This document shows, in pieces, positions 49,893 to 59,163 of a stretch of 64,000 bases of DNA. The notes under the pieces are model-generated. The model was not told where the DNA came from. It saw only the letters and a list, made by a program, of their open reading frames with translations, and ran no database searches. The stretch is taken from contig SVTV01000010.1 in the NCBI GenBank assembly GCA_015063605.1, positions 11,300 to 75,299 on the forward strand. The letters are read 5' to 3'. Position 1 is the first letter of the stretch. Each line of letters opens with the position of its first letter. Made by a program: the position numbers and the translations under genes. Source of the DNA: Oscillospiraceae bacterium. GTDB lineage: Bacteria; Bacillota; Clostridia; Oscillospirales; SIG627.

Positions 49893-49933
49893 AATTAAAA
49901 AGTAAAAAAACACCTTGAAAGGAATTTCAATAA

Positions 49934-52585
49934 ATGGCTAAACAACTCGATAAGACTTACGATCCCAAAAGCTTTGAAGAAAGAATATATAAATACTGGA
50001 ACGATTCCGGATTCTTCAAGCCCGATACCGATTCGGACAAACCCTCTTACACAATAGTTATTCCCCCACCCAATATAACGGGTCAGCTCCATATGGGTCA
50101 CGCTCTCGATAACACCCTTCAGGATATCCTTATAAGATATAAGAGAATGAGCGGCTTCAAAACACTCTGGCTCCCCGGAACAGACCATGCGTCCATCGCA
50201 ACGGAAGCAAAGATAGTAGAAGCAATGAGAAAAGAAGGCCTTTCCAAGGAAGATCTCGGCAGAGACGGATTCCTTAAGAGAGCTTGGGATTGGAAGGAAA
50301 AGTACGGCGGAACCATCATTTCCCAGCTTAAGAAGCTCGGTTCCTCCTGCGACTGGTCCCGTGAACGCTTCACCCTCGATGAAGGATGCAGCAAGGCAGT
50401 CAAGGAAGTATTCATCCGTCTTTACAACAAGGGTCTTATATACCGCGGCGAAAGAATAATCAACTGGTGCCCCCATTGCCTTACATCCATATCCGATGCA
50501 GAGGTCGAATATGAGGATCAGGCAGGCTTCTTCTGGCATCTCCGTTACCCCTTGAAGGATGGCAGCGGATATATCGAGCTTGCTACAACGCGTCCCGAAA
50601 CTCTTCTCGGAGATACGGCGGTTGCGGTAAATCCCAACGATGAAAGATATACGGATCTTATAGGCAAGACTCTTATCCTCCCCTTGGTAGGAAGAGAGAT
50701 ACCCATCGTAGCTGACGAATACGTTGAATCCGATTTCGGAACGGGTGCAGTTAAGATCACTCCCGCTCACGACCCCAACGACTTTGAAGTAGGACGCCGC
50801 CACGATCTTCCCATTATAAACGTTATGACTCCCGATGCAAAGATAACGGAGGATTATCCCAAGTATGCGGGCATGGACAGATACGAAGCACGCAAGGCTA
50901 TTGTTGCCGATCTTGAGGAGGGCGGATTCCTTATCAAGACAGAGCCTCACGCTCACAATGTAGGTACATGCTACCGCTGCGGAACGACCGTTGAGCCCAG
51001 AGTTTCCATGCAGTGGTTCGTTAAGATGGAGCCCCTTGCAAAGCCCGCTATAGAGGCTGTAAGAAGCGGCGATATCAAATTCATTCCCGAAAGATTCGAT
51101 AAAAACTATTTTCATTGGATGGAAAACATCCGTGACTGGTGTATCTCCCGTCAGCTCTGGTGGGGACACCGCATTCCCGCATTCTTCTGCGACGATTGTG
51201 AAGAAATGGTAGTAACGGCAGACGAAAAGGCAATATGCCCCAAGTGCGGCAAGGAAATGCGTCAGGATCCCGATACTCTCGATACATGGTTCTCCTCCGC
51301 TCTCTGGCCCTTCTCCACTCTCGGTTGGCCCGAAATGACGGAAGATCTCAAGACCTTCTATCCCACCGATACTCTCGTTACCGGTTACGATATCATCACC
51401 TTCTGGGTATCGAGAATGATATTCTCAGGTCTTGAATATATGGGAGAAAAGCCCTTCTCCAACATTCTCATCCACGGACTCGTAAGAGATGCTCAGGGTA
51501 GAAAGATGTCCAAATCTCTCGGAAACGGTATTGATCCCCTTCTCATCATCGACAAATACGGTGCCGATGCATTGAGATTTGCTCTTGCAACGGGTAACTC
51601 CCCCGGAAACGATATGCGTTTCTCCGATGAAAAGATCGAAGCTGCAAGAAACTTCTGCAACAAGCTTTGGAATGCATCGAGATTCGTTCTTATGAACCTC
51701 GAAATAGAAGATATCGAAGCTCCTCACGGTCTCGCTCTCGAAGCAGAGGACAAGTGGGTGCTTTCCGCATACAACAAGCTCATAAACGAAGTAAGCGATA
51801 ACCTTGACAAGTTTGAATTGGGTATTGCTCTTCAGAAGCTTTACGATTTCACATGGGATATATTCTGCGACTGGTATATCGAGCTTGTCAAGCCCCGTCT
51901 CTTCAAGTCTCAGGACGGTGTTGAATCGGAAGAAAAGCTTGCAAGCAGAGTTACAGCACAGCATACACTTGCATTCGTTCTCTCCGGAATATGCAAGATG
52001 CTTCATCCTTTCATTCCCTTCATCACGGAAGAAATCTATTCCGCACTTCCCACAGGTGACGAAAGCGTCATGATCTCCGCATGGCCCGTAAGCCTTGAAG
52101 GAGAGCTTTATGTAAAGGAATCCGAAAGCATCAACAAGATAATCGAGATCATCGTTGCAATAAGAAACAGACGTGCCGAGATGAACGTTCCCCACTCCAA
52201 GAAGACGAGCGTTCATATAAAGACCTCTGAGCCCGATACATTCGCTTCCTCCGAAGCGTTCTTCATGCGTCTTGCTGGAGCATCCGGAATAGTTATATCC
52301 TCGGAAGAACCCGAAAATGCATCTGCTTGTGTAGCTGTAGCTACAGATTCAGCGGTTGCTTATCTGCCTCTTGCAGAAATAGTTGACGTTGAAAAGGAAA
52401 AGGAACGTCTTGCAAAGGAACGTACAAAGCTTCTCGGCGAGATTGAAAGAATAGAAAAGAAGCTTTCCAACGAAGAGTTCATCAAGAAAGCTCCCGAAAA
52501 GGTCATCAATGCCGAAAAGGAAAAGCTTTCGGGATACAAGAATGCTTTGGCAAACGTTGAAAACGCTGAGGCTTCCCTGAAATAA
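49934..52585 (+). CDS. valS: Valine--tRNA ligase
   Basis: [37 protein letters not shown]; C-terminal coiled coil. Confidence 0.99.
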   Translation: MAKQLDKTYDPKSFEERIYKYWNDSGFFKPDTDSDKPSYTIVIPPPNITGQLHMGHALDNTLQDILIRYKRMSGFKTLWLPGTDHASIATEAKIVEAMRKEGLSKEDLGRDGFLKRAWDWKEKYGGTIISQLKKLGSSCDWSRERFTLDEGCSKAVKEVFIRLYNKGLIYRGERIINWCPHCLTSISDAEVEYEDQAGFFWHLRYPLKDGSGYIELATTRPETLLGDTAVAVNPNDERYTDLIGKTLILPLVGREIPIVADEYVESDFGTGAVKITPAHDPNDFEVGRRHDLPIINVMTPDAKITEDYPKYAGMDRYEARKAIVADLEEGGFLIKTEPHAHNVGTCYRCGTTVEPRVSMQWFVKMEPLAKPAIEAVRSGDIKFIPERFDKNYFHWMENIRDWCISRQLWWGHRIPAFFCDDCEEMVVTADEKAICPKCGKEMRQDPDTLDTWFSSALWPFSTLGWPEMTEDLKTFYPTDTLVTGYDIITFWVSRMIFSGLEYMGEKPFSNILIHGLVRDAQGRKMSKSLGNGIDPLLIIDKYGADALRFALATGNSPGNDMRFSDEKIEAARNFCNKLWNASRFVLMNLEIEDIEAPHGLALEAEDKWVLSAYNKLINEVSDNLDKFELGIALQKLYDFTWDIFCDWYIELVKPRLFKSQDGVESEEKLASRVTAQHTLAFVLSGICKMLHPFIPFITEEIYSALPTGDESVMISAWPVSLEGELYVKESESINKIIEIIVAIRNRRAEMNVPHSKKTSVHIKTSEPDTFASSEAFFMRLAGASGIVISSEEPENASACVAVATDSAVAYLPLAEIVDVEKEKERLAKERTKLLGEIERIEKKLSNEEFIKKAPEKVINAEKEKLSGYKNALANVENAEASLK

Positions 52586-52591
52586 TAGGGT

Positions 52592-53434
52592 ATGGAACGA
52601 TCCGATATTACTTCAAATCATAAAAGCTCATTTGAGAGAAAGCTGATATTGGACACATCAAAAAAGGCTGCACAGCTTATATTGCAGAACGGCGGAGAAA
52701 CGTACCGGGCAGAGGACACCTGCCGCCGTATCTGCATGAGCTGCGGTGCAGTTAAGGTGGATGTATTGTCCGTAACCACGGGAATCGTGCTTTCCGTTGA
52801 ATTTGACGATCCCGATTCCGATGTAAATCACTTTCACACCACCGTCGCCCGAGTCCCTTTCAGGATCACAGATCTCAAAGCCATTGAAAAGACAAACGAA
52901 ATATCACGTGAGCTGTCTGCCGGAACCATAAGCGTGGAAAAAGCAAACAAGGAATTTGACATCATGCTTAAAGAGCTGGAAGAGCCTCCGAAGCCTTCAT
53001 TCACAAAGAAATGCTGTTCTGCTCTCGGTCCGGGATTTGCTTCGGCATTTTTCTCCCTGGTATTCGGCGGAGGTGTGCACGAATTTTTCGTATCCTTTAT
53101 TGCCGCATGGCTTACCTCGTACCTTTCTCACATGTGGGGCGAGCATCTGAGACTTTATACATTTATAAATACTTTTCTCTCCAGCATAATAAGCGCATGT
53201 CTGTGTATGCTCTTTACCGCTGTTTATCCCGCATTGGGCTATAATTTCGTCATTATCGGCGTTATCATGCCTCTTGTACCGGGAATCGCCATAACGAATG
53301 CGGTGAGAGATACGATGAACGGAGATCTCGTTTCGGGATCTGTACGTCTCATTGAGGCATTGCTCATTGCCATCGCCATTGCTGCCGGATTCGGTTTTAT
53401 TATGGGATTCGCAATGCAATTCGGAATAATATGA
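52592..53434 (+). CDS. Threonine/serine exporter family protein (ThrE N-part)
   Basis: LQNGGETYRAEDT; MPLVPGIAITNAVRDTMNGDLVSG. Confidence 0.9.
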   Translation: MERSDITSNHKSSFERKLILDTSKKAAQLILQNGGETYRAEDTCRRICMSCGAVKVDVLSVTTGIVLSVEFDDPDSDVNHFHTTVARVPFRITDLKAIEKTNEISRELSAGTISVEKANKEFDIMLKELEEPPKPSFTKKCCSALGPGFASAFFSLVFGGGVHEFFVSFIAAWLTSYLSHMWGEHLRLYTFINTFLSSIISACLCMLFTAVYPALGYNFVIIGVIMPLVPGIAITNAVRDTMNGDLVSGSVRLIEALLIAIAIAAGFGFIMGFAMQFGII

Positions 53435-53455
53435 GAAAGGAGACAACAGTACATT

Positions 53456-53914
53456 ATGGATCCGCTCTCTCTTATTTTTGATTATGTTGTATGCTTTTTC
53501 GCATGCTTCGCATTTGCATTTATTCTCAATGCACCTGGCAAAGCCCGTATACCCGCATCCCATTTCGGCGCTATCGGGTATATTATCTATCTTATCTGTC
53601 TTGAATATATAAATATGCCTACGGGATTTTTCCTCGGAACGCTGTTTATGTCGATAGCATCCGAGGTATCGGCAAGGGTACTTAAAATGCCCGCGACGGC
53701 ACTGGCAACACCTGCGATAGTATCGCTCGTTCCCGGCGGCGGTATATACTATTCAATGATGCATTTTGTAAGGCACGAAACGGCAGAGGGTATTGCAAAG
53801 ACGGTAGAAACACTTATAAATGCAGGCGCTATGGCTATGGCTCTCGCATGTACAAGCGTCGCATTCAAGATATTCAAGTATTATTACAAAAAATCAAAAA
53901 AAATCGAACAGTAA
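53456..53914 (+). CDS. Threonine/serine exporter family protein (ThrE_2)
   Basis: ARVLKMPAT...IVSLVPGGGIY. Confidence 0.88.
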   Translation: MDPLSLIFDYVVCFFACFAFAFILNAPGKARIPASHFGAIGYIIYLICLEYINMPTGFFLGTLFMSIASEVSARVLKMPATALATPAIVSLVPGGGIYYSMMHFVRHETAEGIAKTVETLINAGAMAMALACTSVAFKIFKYYYKKSKKIEQ

Positions 53915-53982
53915 CCTTTATCCCATGTTATCCCTTTGTTTTGTAGAAGGAATAGAATCGTACGAAAGGAAAGGTCATAATT

Positions 53983-56352
53983 ATGAAATTTTCAAAGATA
54001 TTCGCAGCCGCCACGAGAGAATACAACGATTTTGAAAAATTCGTTCCCGCTCCCTATATGCGCAAAAATTTTGATTGTATAGGAAAAGCTGTCTCGAAAG
54101 CAGAAATAACAGTCTGCTCTTCGGGCTTTTACCGTGTATTTATCAACGGAAAAGAATTTACAAAGGGTGCTCTTGCACCTTATATAACAAACCCCGACAG
54201 CATTTTGTTTTACGATAATTACGATCTTACGGAAGATATATCCGAAGGCAAAAATGTCGTTTCCTTTATACTCGGAAATGGCATGATGAATGCTCCCGGC
54301 GGAAGCGTATGGGAATTTGAGAAAGCTCCTTGGAGAGGTGCTCCCGCTGTAGCCTTCAGCCTTGAGATCACATATTCCGACGGAACAACCTCAGAGATAA
54401 ATGCAGACAGCGATATTAAAGTACATCCCTCCCCCATTCACATGGACGATCTCAGAATGGGTGAGTTTTACGATGCCCGTGCCGAAATAGACGGCTGGAA
54501 CCTTCCCGGGTTCTGTGACGATGATTGGGATAACGCCATCCTTGTTACTCCTCCGAGAGGTGAAATGCGTCTGACACAGGCAGAACCCATAAAGACCTAC
54601 AGGGTAGTTGAGCCCGTATCAATAAGAAAAGGTAAGCTTAACATCGACTTTACAGCCCGTGACAGAACTGCTCCCAAGGTAATAGTTCCCGAGGACGAGC
54701 TTCCCTCCGAAGGCTGGATATACGATTTCGGAATCAACTCCGCAGGTATCCCCAAGCTTCGCATAAAGGGTGAAGCAGGACAGAAGGTAGTTTTGCAGAT
54801 GTGCGAGCATATGGAAAAGGACGGTTCGCTCTGCCTTTATAACATTTCCTTCCAGCCTTACGGTCTTTATCAGAGAATGGTCTATATTCTCAAGGGCGGT
54901 GAAGAGGAGATCCACCTTCCCTCGTTTACATATTACGGCTTCAGATACTGCTTCGTTTCAGGAATTACCGAAGAGCAGGCAACGCCTTCCCTTTTGGAAT
55001 ACCATCTTATGAGCTCAAACGTTTCAAGGATATCCGACTTTTCATGCTCCGACGAAACGGCAAACAAGCTCTTTGAGATGACTCTCAATTCAGACCTTTC
55101 CAACTTCTATTATTTCCTTACCGACTGTCCTCACAGAGAGAAAAACGGTTGGACGGGAGATGCTGCTTTGTCTTCCGAGCAGGTTCTCATGCATTTCACA
55201 GCGGATAACAGCTTCTGCGATTGGATAAGACTTGTCGGCAAGGCAATGAGAGATGACGGAGCTTTACCCGGAATAGTTCCCACGGGAACATGGGGATTCT
55301 CATGGGGCAACGGCCCCGCATGGGATGCGGCGCTTACATATCTTCCCTATTACATGATAAAATACAGAAACGATACATCCTGCGCAAAGGCGGCGTCTGC
55401 GTATATCATGCGTTACCTCAACTATCTGTGGTCAAAACGCAAGCCCAACGGTCTTCTTGAATTCGGTCTGGGAGATTGGTGTCCCTCAGGTCATATCAAC
55501 GGATTTATGCCTTCTCCTCTCGTATTTACGGACTCCGTTATTTCAATGGATATTGCCGATAAAGCCGCTTGTATATTCGATAAGCTTGGTATGGCGCCTC
55601 AGAAGGCATTTGCTCTTGAATTGGCAAGCTCCATCAGAGCTTCCATACGTAAACATCTTATTGACTTCGGTACGATGAGTGCTGCCGGAAACTGCCAGAC
55701 CTCTCAGGCTATGGCTATCTTCTACGACGTATTTGAGCCCGGTGAAAAGCCCGCCGCATTTGCGCGCCTCAAGGAATACATTGCTCAAAAGGATGACCAT
55801 ATGGCTGTCGGTATTCTCGGTGCAAGAGTAATATTCAGAGTCCTCGGTGATTTCGGCGAAGCGGATCTTGCTTACAAGATGATAACACGCCCCGATTTCC
55901 CCTCCTACGGCAATTGGATAAAGCGAGGTGCCACATCCCTTTGGGAAGATTTCCGACGTGAATTCACAAACGAGGAGAAGGGCGAGACCTCCAAGAATCA
56001 CCACTTCTTCGGTGATATATCCGCTTGGTTCATTTCCTATATTTGCGGTATCAGAGTAAATCCCAACATGGATACAACTGATAATGTGGACATCATGCCC
56101 TGCTTCATTGAAAGCATCGACAATGCTCACGGCGAGCATGTGCTCCCGAGAGGAAAGCTTTCCGTTTCGTGGGAACGTCAGGGCGAAAAGATCGTAATGA
56201 CAGTTGTAAAGCCCGGAAACGTTTACGGTTACATCCGTCTTCCCGTCGGTTACAAGTTTGACGATACCACCGCTTTCAGATCTTTGGCATCGGGCACATA
56301 TACGATAGTTAAATATGACTGCCATCTTCCCTATGAAGATCTTTCGGAATAA
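53983..56352 (+). CDS. GH78 alpha-L-rhamnosidase
   Basis: GEFYDAR, YDFGIN.AG, FTYYGFRY, TDCPHREKNGWTGDA, GATSLWE, SKNHHFFG. Confidence 0.92.
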   Translation: MKFSKIFAAATREYNDFEKFVPAPYMRKNFDCIGKAVSKAEITVCSSGFYRVFINGKEFTKGALAPYITNPDSILFYDNYDLTEDISEGKNVVSFILGNGMMNAPGGSVWEFEKAPWRGAPAVAFSLEITYSDGTTSEINADSDIKVHPSPIHMDDLRMGEFYDARAEIDGWNLPGFCDDDWDNAILVTPPRGEMRLTQAEPIKTYRVVEPVSIRKGKLNIDFTARDRTAPKVIVPEDELPSEGWIYDFGINSAGIPKLRIKGEAGQKVVLQMCEHMEKDGSLCLYNISFQPYGLYQRMVYILKGGEEEIHLPSFTYYGFRYCFVSGITEEQATPSLLEYHLMSSNVSRISDFSCSDETANKLFEMTLNSDLSNFYYFLTDCPHREKNGWTGDAALSSEQVLMHFTADNSFCDWIRLVGKAMRDDGALPGIVPTGTWGFSWGNGPAWDAALTYLPYYMIKYRNDTSCAKAASAYIMRYLNYLWSKRKPNGLLEFGLGDWCPSGHINGFMPSPLVFTDSVISMDIADKAACIFDKLGMAPQKAFALELASSIRASIRKHLIDFGTMSAAGNCQTSQAMAIFYDVFEPGEKPAAFARLKEYIAQKDDHMAVGILGARVIFRVLGDFGEADLAYKMITRPDFPSYGNWIKRGATSLWEDFRREFTNEEKGETSKNHHFFGDISAWFISYICGIRVNPNMDTTDNVDIMPCFIESIDNAHGEHVLPRGKLSVSWERQGEKIVMTVVKPGNVYGYIRLPVGYKFDDTTAFRSLASGTYTIVKYDCHLPYEDLSE

Positions 56353-56414
56353 GTGTTCCTTTGCCGGTAATCAGCTCTCACATACGCTCGGATTACTGAA
56401 AATATATGGAAAAT

Positions 56415-56489
56415 GTATCATTTAATTTAAGAAATGATACTGCTTTTTACAATTTTATCATTGACTTTATTGCGGTGATAATATATAAT
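56415..56489 (+). promoter_or_regulatory. Operator palindrome plus sigma-A promoter
   Basis: GTATCATTT-N8-AAATGATAC (56415-56440); TTGACT-17-TATAAT (56461-56489). Confidence 0.65.
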
Positions 56490-56560
56490 TATAGTGATGA
56501 AGTTTATATCGGTGCAAAAGCCTAACCGCTTATGCCGAATCGAAACGAAAGGATTAAATT

Positions 56561-57577
56561 ATGTGGACTGAAAAGAAACTTGATGAGCTGTTGACAACTC
56601 CGTCTCAGGGACTCATCGAAGATATCAAGAAGATCAAAGGAGATATAATAATTCTCGGCGCAGGCGGAAAAATGGGTCCGTCCCTTGCGATCCTCGCTAA
56701 AAACGCTATCGCAGCCGCAGGAATAGAAAAGCGCGTTATCGCTGTTTCCCGTTTCTCCGATCCCATCGCAGTTAAGCTCCTTCACGACAACGGTGTTGAG
56801 ACCATTTCCGCAGACCTTCTCCAAAAGGGTGCATTGGACAAGCTTCCCGACGTTGAAAACGTTATTTTCATGGCGGGAAGAAAGTTCGGTACAGGTGCGG
56901 ATGCTTGCCGTACATGGGCTATGAACGCATGGCTTCCCTCCATTACAGCCGAAAGATACAAGAACTCCAATATAGTTGCTTTCTCCTCCGGAAACCTCTA
57001 TCCCATAGTTGACCTCTCCACAGGCGGAGCGACCGAAAAGACAGCTCCCGGTCCTATAGGCGAATATCCCATGAGCGTTCTTGCAAGAGAAAGAGTATTC
57101 GAATATGCGGCTGTTGAATACGGTACACCCGTACTTCTTTACAGACTTAACTATGCTGTAGACCTCCGTTACGGTGTTCTCTTCGACATAGCAAACAAGG
57201 TTCTCCGTGAAGAACCCGTTTCCCTCTCTGCTACATGCTTTAACTGCATCTGGCAGGGCGATGCAAATGAGATCGCTATCCGTTCTCTCCTTTGCGCTGA
57301 AGCTCCCGCAGCTATCCTTAATGTTACGGGTCCCGAAACGCTTTCCGTACGTACCACAGCTTTGCAGTTCGGTGAAATATTCGGCAAGAAGGTCACCTTC
57401 GTAGGAGAAGAAAGTACAAGCGCATACATATCCAACTCTCAGAAGTGCTGTGAGCTTTTCGGATATCCCACAGTAAGCGCAAAGAAACTTATCGAATGGC
57501 AGGCGGAATATATCCTCTCCGGAGAAAGAACGCTTGATAAGCCTACACATTTTGAAGAAAGAAAGGGTTCATATTAA
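56561..57577 (+). CDS. NAD-dependent epimerase/dehydratase (extended SDR)
   Basis: ILGAGGKMG Rossmann motif; MAGRKFG; FSSGNLY; RLNYA. Confidence 0.88.
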   Translation: MWTEKKLDELLTTPSQGLIEDIKKIKGDIIILGAGGKMGPSLAILAKNAIAAAGIEKRVIAVSRFSDPIAVKLLHDNGVETISADLLQKGALDKLPDVENVIFMAGRKFGTGADACRTWAMNAWLPSITAERYKNSNIVAFSSGNLYPIVDLSTGGATEKTAPGPIGEYPMSVLARERVFEYAAVEYGTPVLLYRLNYAVDLRYGVLFDIANKVLREEPVSLSATCFNCIWQGDANEIAIRSLLCAEAPAAILNVTGPETLSVRTTALQFGEIFGKKVTFVGEESTSAYISNSQKCCELFGYPTVSAKKLIEWQAEYILSGERTLDKPTHFEERKGSY

Positions 57578-57581
57578 TATC

Positions 57582-58646
57582 ATGACAAGAGCAGAAAAAA
57601 TAGTTGAAATTTTAAAGTCGGGTACAGTTATTCCCGCAAATCCTTTGGCAATCACTGAAGAAAGAAAATTTGATCCCGACCGTCAGAGAGTTATTTGCAG
57701 ATACTACCTCAATGCAGGCGTTGGCGGACTTGCTGTAGCAGTTCATACAACACAGTTTGAGATAAGAAAACCCGAATTCAATCTTCTCGAGCCCGTTTTG
57801 AAGGTTGCCGCAGAAGAGGTTGACGCTTTCGAAAAGAAGACAGGCAAGACAATAGTTAAGATCGCAGGCGTATGCGGCGATATTCCTCAGGCAGTTAAGG
57901 AAGCTGAGCTCGCTAAGTCTCTCGGCTACGACGCTGTTCTTCTCAGCCCCGGCGGACTTTCCCACTACACAGAAGATGATTTCATCGAAAGAACCAAGAG
58001 AATCGCAGCTATCATGCCCGTTGTAGGCTTCTATCTCCAGACATCTGTAGGCGGTAAGATATTCTCTTACGACTATTGGAAGCGTCTCGTTGAAATAGAC
58101 AACCTCATAGCTATCAAGGCTGCTCCCTTCAACCGTTACCAGACTCTCGATGTAGCAAGAGCTGTTGCATTCTCTTCCAGAAAAGACAAGATCGCTCTCT
58201 TCACAGGAAATGATGACAACATCGTTGTTGACCTTCTTACAAAGTATGAATTCACCGAAAACGGCGAAACACGTTCCGTACAGTTCGTAGGCGGTCTTCT
58301 CGGACACTGGTGTGTATGGACAAAGAGAGTATGCGAAATGTATGAAATGCTCAAAGATTTCTCCAAGCAGGAATACATCCCCGCAAAGCTTCTCACTCTC
58401 GCTGCAGAGGTTACAGACTGCAACGCAGCATTCTTTGATTCCGCAAACGCTTTCAAGGGCTGCATCGCAGGTGTTCATGAGATCCTCAGACGTCAGGGCA
58501 TTATGAAGGGTATCTGGTGTCTCAATCCCGACGAAACTCTCTCCCCCGGACAAAGTGAAGAGATCGACAGAATCTACAAGCTTTATCCTCATCTCAACGA
58601 TGACGAATTCGTAAAGGAAAACCTCGAATCCTGGATAAACGGCTGA
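57582..58646 (+). CDS. Dihydrodipicolinate synthase / class I aldolase family protein
   Basis: GGLAVAVHTTQF, GFYLQTSVGG, AIKAAPFNRY, LFTGNDD. Confidence 0.82.
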   Translation: MTRAEKIVEILKSGTVIPANPLAITEERKFDPDRQRVICRYYLNAGVGGLAVAVHTTQFEIRKPEFNLLEPVLKVAAEEVDAFEKKTGKTIVKIAGVCGDIPQAVKEAELAKSLGYDAVLLSPGGLSHYTEDDFIERTKRIAAIMPVVGFYLQTSVGGKIFSYDYWKRLVEIDNLIAIKAAPFNRYQTLDVARAVAFSSRKDKIALFTGNDDNIVVDLLTKYEFTENGETRSVQFVGGLLGHWCVWTKRVCEMYEMLKDFSKQEYIPAKLLTLAAEVTDCNAAFFDSANAFKGCIAGVHEILRRQGIMKGIWCLNPDETLSPGQSEEIDRIYKLYPHLNDDEFVKENLESWING

Positions 58647-58667
58647 TATCATATCGGTATATAGCTT

Positions 58668-58697
58668 AACGGATGCACATTGTGCATCCGTTTTTTT
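58668..58697 (+). terminator. Intrinsic terminator
   Basis: AACGGATGCAC-ATT-GTGCATCCGTT followed by a T-tract. Confidence 0.85.
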
Positions 58698-58728
58698 AAT
58701 TAATTATGTGAAAATTTCGTGAAGCATA

Positions 58729-58780
58729 TTGACATTTTCACTCTAATGTGTTAGACTATAGTCACTCTAACAGATTAGAG
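58729..58780 (+). promoter_or_regulatory. Promoter with two BlaI-type operator palindromes
   Basis: TTGACA-17-TAGACT overlapped by CTCTAA-N4-TTAGAC (58741-58756); second site CTCTAA-N4-TTAGAG (58765-58780). Confidence 0.75.
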
Positions 58781-58794
58781 AAAGGAGAATTCAT

Positions 58795-59163
58795 ATGGAA
58801 ACACCTAAGATCTTTGAAAGTGAATACCGCTTCTGCCTTATTTTATGGGAGCACGAGCCCGTAAAAAGCAGTGAGCTTGTAAATCTGTGCAAGGATCAGC
58901 TTGGTTGGAAGCCTACCACGACTTACACCGTCATCAAGCGTTTATCGGAGCGGGGAGTGTTGAAGAACGAAAATACAATAGTATCCTCTCTTGTGACAAA
59001 GGATGCGGTTCAAGCCGCAGAAATAGATGAAATGGTTGAAAAGACATTCGAGGGATCGCTTCCCGCATTTATTGCCGCATTCACCAAGCACAGAGAGATA
59101 TCGGAAAAGGATATAGATGCCATCCAACAGATGATAGATAATTATCGGAAGGAGGAGAAATAA
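58795..59163 (+). CDS. BlaI/MecI/CopY family repressor
   Basis: SEYRFCLILW, WKPTTTYTVIKRL, FEGSLPAFIAAF. Confidence 0.93.
   Translation: METPKIFESEYRFCLILWEHEPVKSSELVNLCKDQLGWKPTTTYTVIKRLSERGVLKNENTIVSSLVTKDAVQAAEIDEMVEKTFEGSLPAFIAAFTKHREISEKDIDAIQQMIDNYRKEEK

Noticed and set aside
49895-52216. 424-aa and 263-aa minus-strand ORFs
   Set aside because: Antisense shadows of valS.
55543-58652. 260-, 342- and 346-aa minus-strand ORFs
   Set aside because: Antisense shadows of the GH78, SDR and aldolase genes.
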